This document shows positions 28,937 to 38,371 of a DNA stretch of 64,000 bases, piece by piece. The DNA comes from Akkermansiaceae bacterium (lineage in GTDB: Bacteria; Verrucomicrobiota; Verrucomicrobiia; Verrucomicrobiales; Akkermansiaceae), in the NCBI GenBank assembly GCA_039768255.1, contig JBDNAW010000019.1:3213-67212 (forward strand). Direction: 5' to 3'. The position numbers and the translations under genes are program-made. The number at the start of each line of letters is the position of its first letter. Positions within the stretch are counted from its first letter, which is position 1. The notes under the pieces are model-generated. The model was not told the origin of the DNA. It saw nothing but the letters and a program-made list of their open reading frames with translations, and did not search any database.

Positions 28937-29859
28937 TTTGAGAGTGCACCCGCGAGTTTTACCGCCTCGTATAAAGAAGTCGGGCTCGCTTGACCAGTCC
29001 ATGCGAGATCAAATGCTGTTCCATGATCCACCGAGGTCCGCACAATCGGCAAACCCAACGTCACGTTCACCCCTAGATCAAAAGCCAAGGTCTTTAGCGG
29101 AATGAGCCCCTGATCATGATAAGTGCAGATGTAAGCATCCACCTCTTTGCGCAACTCAGGAAGAAATGCGGTATCGGGTGAGAGCGGCCCCATGATCTCA
29201 ATCCCCTCCCCACGCAATTTCTCCAAACAAGGAACCAAAAGCTCAATCTCCTCTCGCCCAAAGAGCCCACCTTCTCCTGCATGCGGATTTAAGCCCGGCA
29301 TCGCAAGGCGCGCGGGCCGATTCCGAATCGCCGACATCGCATCGTTGGTCAGCCTCGCAACTTCGAGAATCCGTTCTTCGCTTAAAATTTTAGGCACCTC
29401 AGCCAGCCCCACATGAGTCGTCACCAGTGAACAAGTAATCTCGCCCGAAGTTAACATCATTGCATGACTCTCCGCTCCCGTCTTTTCTACCAAATATTCG
29501 GTATGACCAGGATAATGATGACCAGCTAAATCCCATCCCTCCTTATTGATCGGATTGGTCACCATTCCAGAAAATTCTCCCCGCATCGTCGCCTCCACCG
29601 CAGCTTCCAAACATGCAAAGCCATGCCTCCCCGCAACTGCGGAAACCACCCCTGGCTCAACCTCTTCCGAACATGGGACATCTACCACCGATTCAGGATC
29701 AAAATCCCACCCCAACTTAGCCGCGATTTTCCCAAGCAAATTCCGGCACCCCATCACTTGCATCGGAAATTCCTTCGCCAATTCGGAGTTTAAAACTCGC
29801 AAACACAATTCCGGCCCTACCCCAGCAGGGTCACCTTGCGTCACAATCAACGATTTCAT
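28933..29859 (-). CDS. pdxA: PdxA-family NAD-dependent dehydrogenase (4-hydroxythreonine-4-phosphate dehydrogenase or a PdxA2-like paralogue)
   Basis: GDPAGVGPEL, GLNPHAGEGG, YHDQGLIPLK, RTSVDHGTAFD. Stop overlaps the SGNH gene start (ATGA). Confidence 0.75.
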   Translation of the reverse strand: MKSLIVTQGDPAGVGPELCLRVLNSELAKEFPMQVMGCRNLLGKIAAKLGWDFDPESVVDVPCSEEVEPGVVSAVAGRHGFACLEAAVEATMRGEFSGMVTNPINKEGWDLAGHHYPGHTEYLVEKTGAESHAMMLTSGEITCSLVTTHVGLAEVPKILSEERILEVARLTNDAMSAIRNRPARLAMPGLNPHAGEGGLFGREEIELLVPCLEKLRGEGIEIMGPLSPDTAFLPELRKEVDAYICTYHDQGLIPLKTLAFDLGVNVTLGLPIVRTSVDHGTAFDLAWTGQASPTSLYEAVKLAGALSK

Positions 29860-29913
29860 GTCGGCAATCTAGTCTACTCATTCGCCCTTTGCAAAAAAAT
29901 CACTTGCGGATTT

Positions 29914-29925
29914 GTTGCATGCAAC
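29914..29925. promoter_or_regulatory. Perfect 12-bp palindrome GTTGCATGCAAC in the pdxA / dapA-like divergent region (candidate LacI-family operator)
   Basis: Lies 12 nt upstream of ATG 29938 and 55 nt upstream of the pdxA start. The arms recur at 24790/24808. Confidence 0.45.
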
Positions 29926-29937
29926 TAACCCTCTTAC

Positions 29938-30885
29938 ATGAGCATCATTACACGCGCCTCGAAGCGAGCCTTTGATCGTCAGATCGAAGGGATTGCGGCC
30001 TGCCTTCTTCCCTTTGAACAAGACGGCTCTATAGCCAAAGAAGCCTTTCAGGATAACGTCCGCCGCACTGAAGCCGCCGGCCTCAAGTGCGCGGTCAACA
30101 TGGACACAGGCTACGCCAACTATCTCACCGAAGCCGAGCGAAACAACGTCCTTGATTGGACCCGTGAAGCCCTCGGACCCGACAAACCATTTGTCGCTGG
30201 AGTCTTCGTCGAGGGAATCAAGGGTGACCTCCTCGACCTTTACCATCGTGGCGCCGATCAGATCACCGCTCGCGGTGGCACCCCCATCGTATTCCAAACC
30301 ACCCGTTTCCACGAATGGAGTGATGCTGAAATCATCGACCTCTACGCAAAAATCTGTGAGCCCTACGAAGCGGTTCTTGGCTTCGAGCTCGGAAAAGTCT
30401 TTGCCCCAAACGGCATGATCTACTCCGAAGAAATCATCAAAGGCCTCATGGGTATCCCTTCGCTCAAGGGCATCAAGCACTCCTCCCTCAGCCGCGATGA
30501 AGAACTCAAGCGCCTCACCCTCCGTGATGAAATCCGACCCGACTTCCGCATCTACACCGGAAACGATCTCGGCATCGATATGATCGAATACGGCTCAGAT
30601 TACCTCCTTGGACTCGCCGCTTTTTGTCCGGAAAAATTCGCCGAGCGCGACCGCCTCTGGGAAGCCGGAGACGAGGCCTACCATGAGCTCAACGACGCTC
30701 TGCAATACCTCGGCAACGTGGCCTTCCGCGATGCCGTTCCTGCCTACAAGCATTCCTGTGCTGTCTTCCAACACCTCCTCGGACGCATCCCCTCCAGCGA
30801 GCCACACCCAGAGTGTCCACGCCGCCCGGATTGGGAACAAGGTATCATCGCCGATTGCGCCAAGCGTCTTGGATACCGTCTCTAA
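29938..30885 (+). CDS. Dihydrodipicolinate synthase / N-acetylneuraminate lyase-family (class I aldolase) protein, divergent member
   Basis: TIM-barrel DHDPS-like pattern (GIAACLLPFEQDGSI.., AVNMDTGY.., putative Schiff-base Lys in LKGIKHSS). Confidence 0.7.
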   Translation: MSIITRASKRAFDRQIEGIAACLLPFEQDGSIAKEAFQDNVRRTEAAGLKCAVNMDTGYANYLTEAERNNVLDWTREALGPDKPFVAGVFVEGIKGDLLDLYHRGADQITARGGTPIVFQTTRFHEWSDAEIIDLYAKICEPYEAVLGFELGKVFAPNGMIYSEEIIKGLMGIPSLKGIKHSSLSRDEELKRLTLRDEIRPDFRIYTGNDLGIDMIEYGSDYLLGLAAFCPEKFAERDRLWEAGDEAYHELNDALQYLGNVAFRDAVPAYKHSCAVFQHLLGRIPSSEPHPECPRRPDWEQGIIADCAKRLGYRL

Positions 30886-30888
30886 TCC

Positions 30889-31899
30889 ATGAGCGATCGA
30901 GTCCAAACCGCCTCTGTGACGATGGCGGAAATCGCGAGCCAAGCGGGCGTCTCTAAGGCAACCGTCTCACGCTCGCTTGCAGGCTCTTCGCTCATTGGAA
31001 AAGAGGTTCGCGAAAAGATTGAATCCATCGCAACCGAGCTCGGTTACCAACGTCGCACCGTTAAGCGCCCTGCTGAACGTAGCATCCTCACCATCAAACT
31101 GGTGCTACCTCCGATTACTAACCGTACCGCGCGCCTATTCTACTCCTTCACCGATCTCGTCACCGGCCTCCAAGACGGCCTCACTCCCGCCGGAATGAAT
31201 CTCGTCGTCGAGACCAACGGCCCTGACTACAATCCTTTCTCACACAAAAAATCAGGTGAAGTCGAAGGATTCGTCTTCGCCTTCCATCGCCCTTCGGCAA
31301 AAACCCTTACCCAGATCAAAGCCGCAGGCTCCCAAGCCATCGTCCTCAATCGAAGCGTCCGAGGCCTCCCGTGTGTCCTGAGTGATCACGCACACGCCAT
31401 GGAACTCATCGCCGAGCACCTTCGGGAAAAAAACATCACTAAGAACTGCACTTTCATCACTTACTCCGGTATCAAAGATGTCTCCTCTGCTCGCCTTAAA
31501 GGCTTCACTAAAGCCGCCAAAACGCACGGCATTCAGTTCGACCCAGAGCGTGATCTCCTTTCCCTCGATGAGCCGAGCTCACTCACTCCGCAGCACCTCA
31601 TCAACCTTCATCGAGAAGGCACCCGCACCATCATTGGAGTCAATGACATCATCGCCTCCCTTCTCGTCCAAAACGCAAGTCAAGCTGGACTAAAAACCCC
31701 GCAAGACCTTCGCATCACCGGTTGCGATAACGGCCCAAGCCGCAACATCACCGTGCCCCTACCGACCAGCGTCGATCTCTCCATTCGCCGTCTTGCCGAA
31801 GAAGCAGGCCGCCACCTCTGTCACCAAATCGTAGAAAACACCACCCCACAGCTCCTTACCCTTGTCAAAGGAACCCTTCTCCCCGGCCACACCACATGA
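30889..31899 (+). CDS. LacI-family transcriptional regulator
   Basis: HTH VTMAEIASQAGVSKATVSRSLAG plus a periplasmic-binding-protein-like effector domain. Confidence 0.9.
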   Translation: MSDRVQTASVTMAEIASQAGVSKATVSRSLAGSSLIGKEVREKIESIATELGYQRRTVKRPAERSILTIKLVLPPITNRTARLFYSFTDLVTGLQDGLTPAGMNLVVETNGPDYNPFSHKKSGEVEGFVFAFHRPSAKTLTQIKAAGSQAIVLNRSVRGLPCVLSDHAHAMELIAEHLREKNITKNCTFITYSGIKDVSSARLKGFTKAAKTHGIQFDPERDLLSLDEPSSLTPQHLINLHREGTRTIIGVNDIIASLLVQNASQAGLKTPQDLRITGCDNGPSRNITVPLPTSVDLSIRRLAEEAGRHLCHQIVENTTPQLLTLVKGTLLPGHTT

Positions 31900-32723
31900 A
31901 CGACTATTCAGACCTCGCCCTCCACACTTTCACCACCAAACCATGGTCACTCAGCGAATGTATCGAAGGCTACGCCAAACGCGGCATTGGCGGTATTTCC
32001 ATCTGGCGTGAAACCCTTGAAGGCGAAGACCTCTGCTCGGCTTCACAACAAATCAAGGACGCCGGCCTCACTGGAATTTCTCTCGTCCGTGGCGGATTCT
32101 TCACCGGAAAAACCCAGACCGAACGAGCAAAAGCACTCGAAGAAAATCGCCAAGCACTCAAGGAAGCTGAAATTTTGGAACTCCCCTCTCTCGTCCTCGT
32201 TTGTGGTGCCACTCCCGGCCAAACCCCTGAGGAAAACTACCATCAAATCCGTGATGGCATCGGCGCCATTGCCGACCACGCTCAATCCCTCGGCGTTCGT
32301 CTTCTCGTCGAACCTCTGCACCCAGTCTACGCGGGTGATCGTTCCGGCATTCCCTCACTTCAAGTCGCCAACAAGCTCTGCGCCGAACTCGGCCATCCTA
32401 ACGTTGGCATCGCCCTCGATGTTTACCACGTTTGGTGGGAGCTCGACCTCGCCCAGCAGATCAATATCGCCGCCCAGAATGGCTGGCTCGACGCGTACCA
32501 CATCTGCGATTTTAAACCCGACCAAGAGCACCTCCTCCTCGATCGCGGTATTATGGGTGAAGGCTGTATCCGCCTTGATCACATCGACAAGCTCATGTCC
32601 GAAGCTGGCTTCGATGGCTTCCGCGAAGTCGAAATCTTCTCCTCCAAATGGTGGGCCAAGGACCAAAACGAATACCTAGACACCATCCTTCACTCCTACG
32701 ATCAGATTTATCGAACTCACTAG
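31896..32723 (+). CDS. Xylose isomerase-like TIM-barrel protein (sugar phosphate isomerase/epimerase family)
   Basis: LLVEPLHP.., ALDVYHVWWE, EVEIFS. ATGA overlap with the lacI-family gene. Confidence 0.8.
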   Translation: MNDYSDLALHTFTTKPWSLSECIEGYAKRGIGGISIWRETLEGEDLCSASQQIKDAGLTGISLVRGGFFTGKTQTERAKALEENRQALKEAEILELPSLVLVCGATPGQTPEENYHQIRDGIGAIADHAQSLGVRLLVEPLHPVYAGDRSGIPSLQVANKLCAELGHPNVGIALDVYHVWWELDLAQQINIAAQNGWLDAYHICDFKPDQEHLLLDRGIMGEGCIRLDHIDKLMSEAGFDGFREVEIFSSKWWAKDQNEYLDTILHSYDQIYRTH

Positions 32724-32765
32724 CTTTTTACAGACCTCACAAAATCAACGACCACTCAAACTATC

Positions 32766-33899
32766 ATGAAAAAAATCGGCATCATCCTCAACGGCGTCAC
32801 TGGACGTATGGGCACTAACCAACACCTCGTTCGTTCCATCCTCGCCATCCGCGAGCAAGGCGGCATCACTCTTTCCGACGGCACCCTTCTCATGCCCGAC
32901 CCCATCCTCACCGGGCGGAATGAAGACAAACTCCGCGCCCTCGCCGAAGAACACGGCGTTGAAAAATTCACCACTGATCTCGATTCCGTTCTCGCTGATC
33001 CTTACTACGAGATCTTCTTCGACGCCTCCGGCACCCCTTACCGCATTCCTTTCCTCGAGCGCGCCATCGCCGCAGGAAAGCATATCTACTGTGAAAAACC
33101 TACCGCAACCGAATCATCCGAAGCCTTCCGCATTGCCGAAGTGGCCGAGGCTGCAGGCGTGAAAAACGGCACCGTGCAAGACAAGCTTTGGCTCCCCGGA
33201 ATCATGGCATTCAAGAAACTCAAAGAGGAAGGCTTCTTCGGCGAGATTCTCTCCGTCCGTGGTGAATTCGGCTACTGGGTCTTCTCCGGTCACGATGAGA
33301 ACCAACCAGCCCAACGCCCAAGCTGGAACTACCGGAATGAAGACGGCGGCGGCATCATCATCGATATGCACTGCCACTGGCGCTACGTCATCGATAACCT
33401 CTTCGGCACCATCACCTCCGTATTCACTCACGCCGCCACACACCTTCCCGAGCGCATTGGTGAAGATGGTCAGCCATACAAGTGCACCGCCGACGACGCA
33501 GCCTACGCTCTCTTCAAGACCGAGACTGGTGTGATCTGCCAGTTCAACTCGTCATGGGACGTCCGCGTCCGCCGCGATGACCTCCTCACCATGCAAGTCG
33601 ATGGCACCAAAGGTTCCGCCATCGTCGGACTCCGCAAGTGCTGGGCACAAAGCCTAGAAAAGACTCCGCGCCCCGTTTGGAATCCCGATGTCGACAGCCC
33701 GATCGACTACTACGCAAATTGGGATGTCATCGATCCCGGCGAATGCGATAACGCCTTTAAAATCCAATGGGAACTCTTCCTCCATCACATCGCTGAAGAC
33801 ACTGAATTCCCCTGGACCCTCCGCGAAGGTGCCAAAGGCGTGGACCTCGCCGAGAAGTCCTGGCAGTCCCATCACGAGGGCAAATGGGTCGAGGTTTAG
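32766..33899 (+). CDS. Gfo/Idh/MocA-family oxidoreductase
   Basis: Rossmann N-terminus [16 protein letters not shown] motif (HIYCEKP), C-terminal alpha/beta domain. Confidence 0.9.
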   Translation: MKKIGIILNGVTGRMGTNQHLVRSILAIREQGGITLSDGTLLMPDPILTGRNEDKLRALAEEHGVEKFTTDLDSVLADPYYEIFFDASGTPYRIPFLERAIAAGKHIYCEKPTATESSEAFRIAEVAEAAGVKNGTVQDKLWLPGIMAFKKLKEEGFFGEILSVRGEFGYWVFSGHDENQPAQRPSWNYRNEDGGGIIIDMHCHWRYVIDNLFGTITSVFTHAATHLPERIGEDGQPYKCTADDAAYALFKTETGVICQFNSSWDVRVRRDDLLTMQVDGTKGSAIVGLRKCWAQSLEKTPRPVWNPDVDSPIDYYANWDVIDPGECDNAFKIQWELFLHHIAEDTEFPWTLREGAKGVDLAEKSWQSHHEGKWVEV

Positions 33900-33957
33900 A
33901 CAGTCATGACGGTGGCATCTGGCTGCAGACCGTAACGGGCGCACCCCGCGCCCTAGC

Positions 33958-34512
33958 TCATGCTTCCACCGGTCTAAGGATCGGGTGAGTTTTCACTGCC
34001 TGATAGGCATAAAGGAATGCTCCAGAGAAGATCGCTTGGGCGATGAAGCCATTACGGAAAAAAATCCAACTTGGAAGGTAGCCAGGAAGCCCCACCGTCA
34101 AAGCTTGGCCAAGACCACTCAAAGATTTGGCATAACCAGGGTCAAGCGCCCAGCTCAGAGTATTGGTGATGAGATAGAACAAGAGGGCGGAAGCGAGTGA
34201 TCCTAAAAAAATCGTTCTGGTGGACTTTTTATGGAAGAAAAAAGCAAGCCCAACAACTGCGACGAAGCCCAAAAGAACAACGGACAGTTCCGCATCCCAG
34301 CCGTGTCCATTCATCACACTGGTGATGGGATAGCTTAAAAACCATGCCAAAGCAGGAACCCAAATCCACCGCACTCCAAACAGCGCCATCCCGCAGAAAA
34401 ATAGAGCTCCGTATGGCTGAAGATTCGGCATCGTATCCGGGCTGAGTGCCCCAATGATCCGAGACACTCCGAGAATGATCACGAAGATAATGAGCGGGAA
34501 CCATTTCTGCAT
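33958..34512 (-). CDS. Integral membrane protein (DUF6580/ECF-S-component-like)
   Basis: About 5-6 TM helices. N-terminal ..PNLQPYGALFFCGMALFG.. resembles DUF6580. Confidence 0.55.
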   Translation of the reverse strand: MQKWFPLIIFVIILGVSRIIGALSPDTMPNLQPYGALFFCGMALFGVRWIWVPALAWFLSYPITSVMNGHGWDAELSVVLLGFVAVVGLAFFFHKKSTRTIFLGSLASALLFYLITNTLSWALDPGYAKSLSGLGQALTVGLPGYLPSWIFFRNGFIAQAIFSGAFLYAYQAVKTHPILRPVEA

Positions 34513-34539
34513 GGCTGAAAGGTAAGGTGAGATGAGCGA

Positions 34540-35079
34540 TTAGACCAATTCAAAATCGTCCGTATCATCAAACCCGTCCGTATCATCACCACCGCTAACA
34601 CTGCCACCGGACTCGAAGTCTACTTCGCGCACGCGTTTCTGATCACGGAGCATTTCAACCTGCTTACGAAGCTTCTCACGTATCTCAGTTCCGCGTCTGA
34701 CGGCTAGAATTTCCACCACGGGGCAGGAGCGGTCTGAGGTATCGAGGATGAGGTTTGCGAGCCCGAAGATTCTCAACCAAAACGGCTTGATGATCTTGGT
34801 ATCCTTCACACGGTAGAGCTCAACCTCGTTAATCTCCTGATTCAGAACCCCCTCATAAATACGCATCCGCTCACTGGTGAATTCAAAAATGCGACAGCGA
34901 GTCGAAATCCAGATCCAGCTACCATAAGCGAGGGGGAAAATGATTCCCCAGGCTAAAGGGAGAAAGAGAAATGCTAATCCGATGAATAATGCGATCACGA
35001 GCGCACAAATCACGAGCGGCCAGAAGTTGACAATCTGTGATGAACGTCCTTTCCAAACGATATTTTCTTCGGTGTCCAT
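34540..35079 (-). CDS. Membrane-flanked bacterial PH domain (bPH_2/YdbS-like) protein
   Basis: Two N-terminal TM helices, then ..RIFEFTSERMRIYEGVLNQEINEVELYRVKD..., and an acidic tail. Confidence 0.7.
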   Translation of the reverse strand: MDTEENIVWKGRSSQIVNFWPLVICALVIALFIGLAFLFLPLAWGIIFPLAYGSWIWISTRCRIFEFTSERMRIYEGVLNQEINEVELYRVKDTKIIKPFWLRIFGLANLILDTSDRSCPVVEILAVRRGTEIREKLRKQVEMLRDQKRVREVDFESGGSVSGGDDTDGFDDTDDFELV

Positions 35080-35133
35080 TGTTAGAGGGTCTCTTGATGG
35101 GTACGTTTTCGCAACTACAGAAGAGCGCGAGAT

Positions 35134-35856
35134 TTATAATCTCTCCACCGCACAGCGCACAACCGCTTGATGACAGGCCACACGCTTCACCAATTCCTGA
35201 CTACTCGGGGTTTCAAAAGTGAGTGAAAGTGGGCAGCCCATCCGTGAAAGGTAAATCGCCTCAGGCCAGCCCTCTGGGATATCAGGATAATCGGGATGGA
35301 AGATCCAACCCGGCTTCGTCACCTCATGATCATCGATGATGCTCTCTGGCTCAGGAGGGAAAAAGGGCGCGGCTGCAGTGAGGACTTCCTCGTAGCTTGG
35401 ACTCTCCGCTCCGGTATTAATTTCGTAATAATAAAAACCGGTGCTTTCCCAGTCTTCGTGAAGTGAGAGAAAGAGCGCGGGCGTTTCTTGTTTCTTGAGC
35501 CAATTGATGTGCGCACAGACTTCGTCCGCTTTGCACTGATGGTAGTCGCGATTGAGATCAATCCCGCCTGCGTTTTCGCGTGTCTTTGCGGTGAGCCCTG
35601 TTGGATTTAAAACTGGGCAAATCAACCAATGAAACTGTTCATTAAAAAAACCACTCTGCATCAAACCAAGCAAAGCCTGCGGGCCCGATGGTTCATCACC
35701 ATGGACGCCTGACGAAAGATACACGGTGCGCAGATCAGGCGCACCTTTTGTGCAGGCCAAGATTGGCAAGCCCTCCTTCTCCAGAAGGATTTCGCTTTTA
35801 AAGCCCTGCTCGTCCGCCGCGGCTTGCCAGTCTTTTAAAAAATTAGACCAATTCAT
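35134..35856 (-). CDS. M14-family zinc carboxypeptidase-like / succinylglutamate desuccinylase-aspartoacylase-family protein
   Basis: Zinc HxxE (SGVHGDEPSG), NPTGL, IDLNRDY, SLHEDWES. ATG 35856 shares one base with the upstream stop (TGATG). Confidence 0.75.
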   Translation of the reverse strand: MNWSNFLKDWQAAADEQGFKSEILLEKEGLPILACTKGAPDLRTVYLSSGVHGDEPSGPQALLGLMQSGFFNEQFHWLICPVLNPTGLTAKTRENAGGIDLNRDYHQCKADEVCAHINWLKKQETPALFLSLHEDWESTGFYYYEINTGAESPSYEEVLTAAAPFFPPEPESIIDDHEVTKPGWIFHPDYPDIPEGWPEAIYLSRMGCPLSLTFETPSSQELVKRVACHQAVVRCAVERL

Positions 35857-36908
35857 CACTTGCGCTCAGGACGATGCGGCCATGCTGGAGTCCCCCTAGG
35901 ATCAACGGTATCAGTCACCTTGCCGTAACCGAAGTCTTCCGCCACGAGGCTCCGCTCTTTCCAAATCTTCGCGTTTTTACCATTCCAGAAGCCATAAAAG
36001 CTTGGAAAAAACGGATCGACATATTCGACATCCGCTTTCTCTGGAACTTCCAGCCCGGTGAGATGATAAGAAGCATTTACGAGAAGGCGGCGCAGATCTT
36101 CACTGAGAAGATCGACCGAAGCACCCATGGTAGTGCAAAAAGAAGTCCCTGTTTTCTGACCATCAGGGGAGGAGTAAGGGTGTAGCCAGGCGAGTGGCAT
36201 CATGGGATTATTCCGGTCGTCCTCCACATTCTTCGAAGCAGGATCGAGCGTCTTCGTGACTGCTCCACGAAGTAGCACGGTATCTTTTTCACTAAGGTGA
36301 ATCACTCCATACACATCACTGGGGCCGAAAACGTCCTTCACGCTGTTTAAAATACTGTGACTTTCTTGGCCTTTCTCAAACACCGCACGAGCACCCTCGC
36401 CTTTATGCTTACCATGGTGACTGACCCAAGTCTCACCGAGAATTTTTAAGCCCCAATCACTATACTTGATCCCTCCAAAGCTTCCTTGCTTATGAAAGGC
36501 ATGAGTCGCGGTCCGGATCCCAATGATAGGCTTTCCGGCATTGAGAAATTTTGTCATATGCGCGGCATCTTCTTCACTAGGAGTGCGCATGCGGGTGCCG
36601 ATAATCATGAGGTCGGCCTTATCTAGATACTCCCAACCTTTGACTCCCTTTGCGTTGTTAGGATCAATGTATGTGCCATCTTTACTCCACGAAAAGAGCA
36701 CCGTGCAATTGAAGCCATGCTTTTTGGCAAGGATTTTTGCGAGCATCGGCATCGATTCCTCAGTACGGTATTCTTCATCACCAGAAACGAGCACGACCTG
36801 CTTGCCCTTTCCGGCTCCGACTTCTCCTTTGAAGCTGAGAACCTTTTCTCCACCCTGAGTAAGTGAGACAAAAGCGAATAAGAGAGCGATTTTGCGCAAT
36901 ATTTTCAT
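35856..36908 (-). CDS. ThuA-like (class I glutamine amidotransferase-fold) secreted protein
   Basis: Signal peptide from ATG 36908. VVLVSGDEEYRTEESMPMLAKIL.. pattern as in PVC ThuA-domain proteins. Confidence 0.5.
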   Translation of the reverse strand: MKILRKIALLFAFVSLTQGGEKVLSFKGEVGAGKGKQVVLVSGDEEYRTEESMPMLAKILAKKHGFNCTVLFSWSKDGTYIDPNNAKGVKGWEYLDKADLMIIGTRMRTPSEEDAAHMTKFLNAGKPIIGIRTATHAFHKQGSFGGIKYSDWGLKILGETWVSHHGKHKGEGARAVFEKGQESHSILNSVKDVFGPSDVYGVIHLSEKDTVLLRGAVTKTLDPASKNVEDDRNNPMMPLAWLHPYSSPDGQKTGTSFCTTMGASVDLLSEDLRRLLVNASYHLTGLEVPEKADVEYVDPFFPSFYGFWNGKNAKIWKERSLVAEDFGYGKVTDTVDPRGTPAWPHRPERK

Positions 36909-36993
36909 ATCGCGAATATGGGAGTTTTTAACGAAGTGAAAAGCGGAAATTCCGCGCACTTGCCCGCGGCCTCAGGCACGATAAGGTAGCCCC

Positions 36994-37422
36994 GTGACTC
37001 TGGATATTTCCACTCCGGCCCTGCTCTTCCCGGCGGTCAGCCTCCTCTTTCTTTCCTACACGAATCGCTTTCTTCATCTCGCAGCGCTGGTGCGGAAGCT
37101 GCATGGTGATTGGACCGCCGATCACGATCAGTGTCTTCTCATTCAGATTGATAATCTTCGTGCGCGCCTCTCGCTCATCCGCTGGATGCAGCTACTCGGC
37201 GCGCTCAGCTTGCTTCTCTGTGTTTTGTCCATGCTCGGGATCATGATGGAGATGCAAGCGATTGCCTTGGCCACTTTCTTCCTAGCAGTCCTTCTCATGG
37301 CGGCATCTCTAGCCTCGCTAGTGCGTGAGGTTCTCATTTCCGGTGGAGCATTGAAAATTCTCTTGCAGGAAGTGGAGGACCTGGAGACGAAAAAATCATC
37401 GCCGAAAACCACTAAATCATGA
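36994..37422 (+). CDS. DUF2721 membrane protein
   Basis: GTG start. ..TPALLFPAVSLLFLSYTNRFLHLAALVRKLH.. and three TM helices. Confidence 0.6.
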   Translation: MTLDISTPALLFPAVSLLFLSYTNRFLHLAALVRKLHGDWTADHDQCLLIQIDNLRARLSLIRWMQLLGALSLLLCVLSMLGIMMEMQAIALATFFLAVLLMAASLASLVREVLISGGALKILLQEVEDLETKKSSPKTTKS

Positions 37423-37458
37423 AACATGGTCCCTCATCTCCACGTTAAGATCAAATTC

Positions 37459-38367
37459 ATGAACCGACGTCACTTCTCCCAACTCTCTCTCGCCACCCTC
37501 GCTACTTCTGCCGCCTTCGCCGATCATCACGGAGCGAAAAAGGGCGAGCCGTTTAAAGCAAAATTCGCCCCTCACCCCGGCCTCATCCCTACGGGACCTG
37601 GTCGTAAGGACGATTACATCGAGCAACTTCAGTTCGCCTATGATCTCGGCTTCCGTGCCTGGGAAGATAACGGCTTCTTTGGTCAAAAGCCTGAGATACA
37701 GGAAAAAGTCGCCGCCTTCATGAAGGAAAAAGGAATGGAATTTGGGGTCGCCGTGATCAGTAATGGAAAAGGCGCGATGTTTAACAAACCGACCGAAGAC
37801 CAGACTTCCAAAATCAAGAAAGATCTTCTTAAAGGAGTCGAAGTGGCCAAGCGCACTGGGCAAACCAACATGACCTTCCTTGCCGGAGTTCGTGATGAGT
37901 CAATGTCACGCGAAGACCAGATTAAGGCCTCCGTCGATACCATGAAGATGTGCTGTGACCTCGTCGAAGAGCAGGGAATCATTCTCGCGCTTGAACCCCT
38001 TTCTCATCCTATCGGCGGGAAGCAACCACTTCTCCGCTCATTCGCGGACGGCCACCTTTTGGCAAAGCTTGTGAACCGTAAATCCTGTAAGCTCCTCGCT
38101 GATTTCTTCCACGAGGGCCAGATCGGAAATGGGGACAAGCTCGTCGCCAATGCCGAAGCCACTTGGGATCAAGTTTCCTACATTCAGTATGGCGCTTCTC
38201 CAGGTCGTAAAGAGCCAGGCACCGGAAACCTCGACTACACCGCCGTCACCAAATTCCTCCGTTCGAAGAACTTCACCGGAGTCATCGGCATGGAGCACGG
38301 CGCGAGCAAGAAAGGCAAAGAAGGCCTCGATGCCCTCATGGCTGCGTATCGTAAAATCGACGCGTAA
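37459..38367 (+). CDS. Tat-signal xylose isomerase-like TIM-barrel protein (hydroxypyruvate isomerase-like)
   Basis: Twin-arginine signal MNRRHFSQLSLATLATSAAFA. ALEPLSHP.., LLADFFHEG, GMEHG. Confidence 0.75.
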   Translation: MNRRHFSQLSLATLATSAAFADHHGAKKGEPFKAKFAPHPGLIPTGPGRKDDYIEQLQFAYDLGFRAWEDNGFFGQKPEIQEKVAAFMKEKGMEFGVAVISNGKGAMFNKPTEDQTSKIKKDLLKGVEVAKRTGQTNMTFLAGVRDESMSREDQIKASVDTMKMCCDLVEEQGIILALEPLSHPIGGKQPLLRSFADGHLLAKLVNRKSCKLLADFFHEGQIGNGDKLVANAEATWDQVSYIQYGASPGRKEPGTGNLDYTAVTKFLRSKNFTGVIGMEHGASKKGKEGLDALMAAYRKIDA

Positions 38368-38371
38368 GCGC

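Noticed and set aside
29878-30480. 200-aa antisense ORF across the 5' half of the DapA-like gene
   Set aside because: It is the same kind of codon-aligned shadow ORF. It would also have to run through the palindromic regulatory site and the divergent promoter region.
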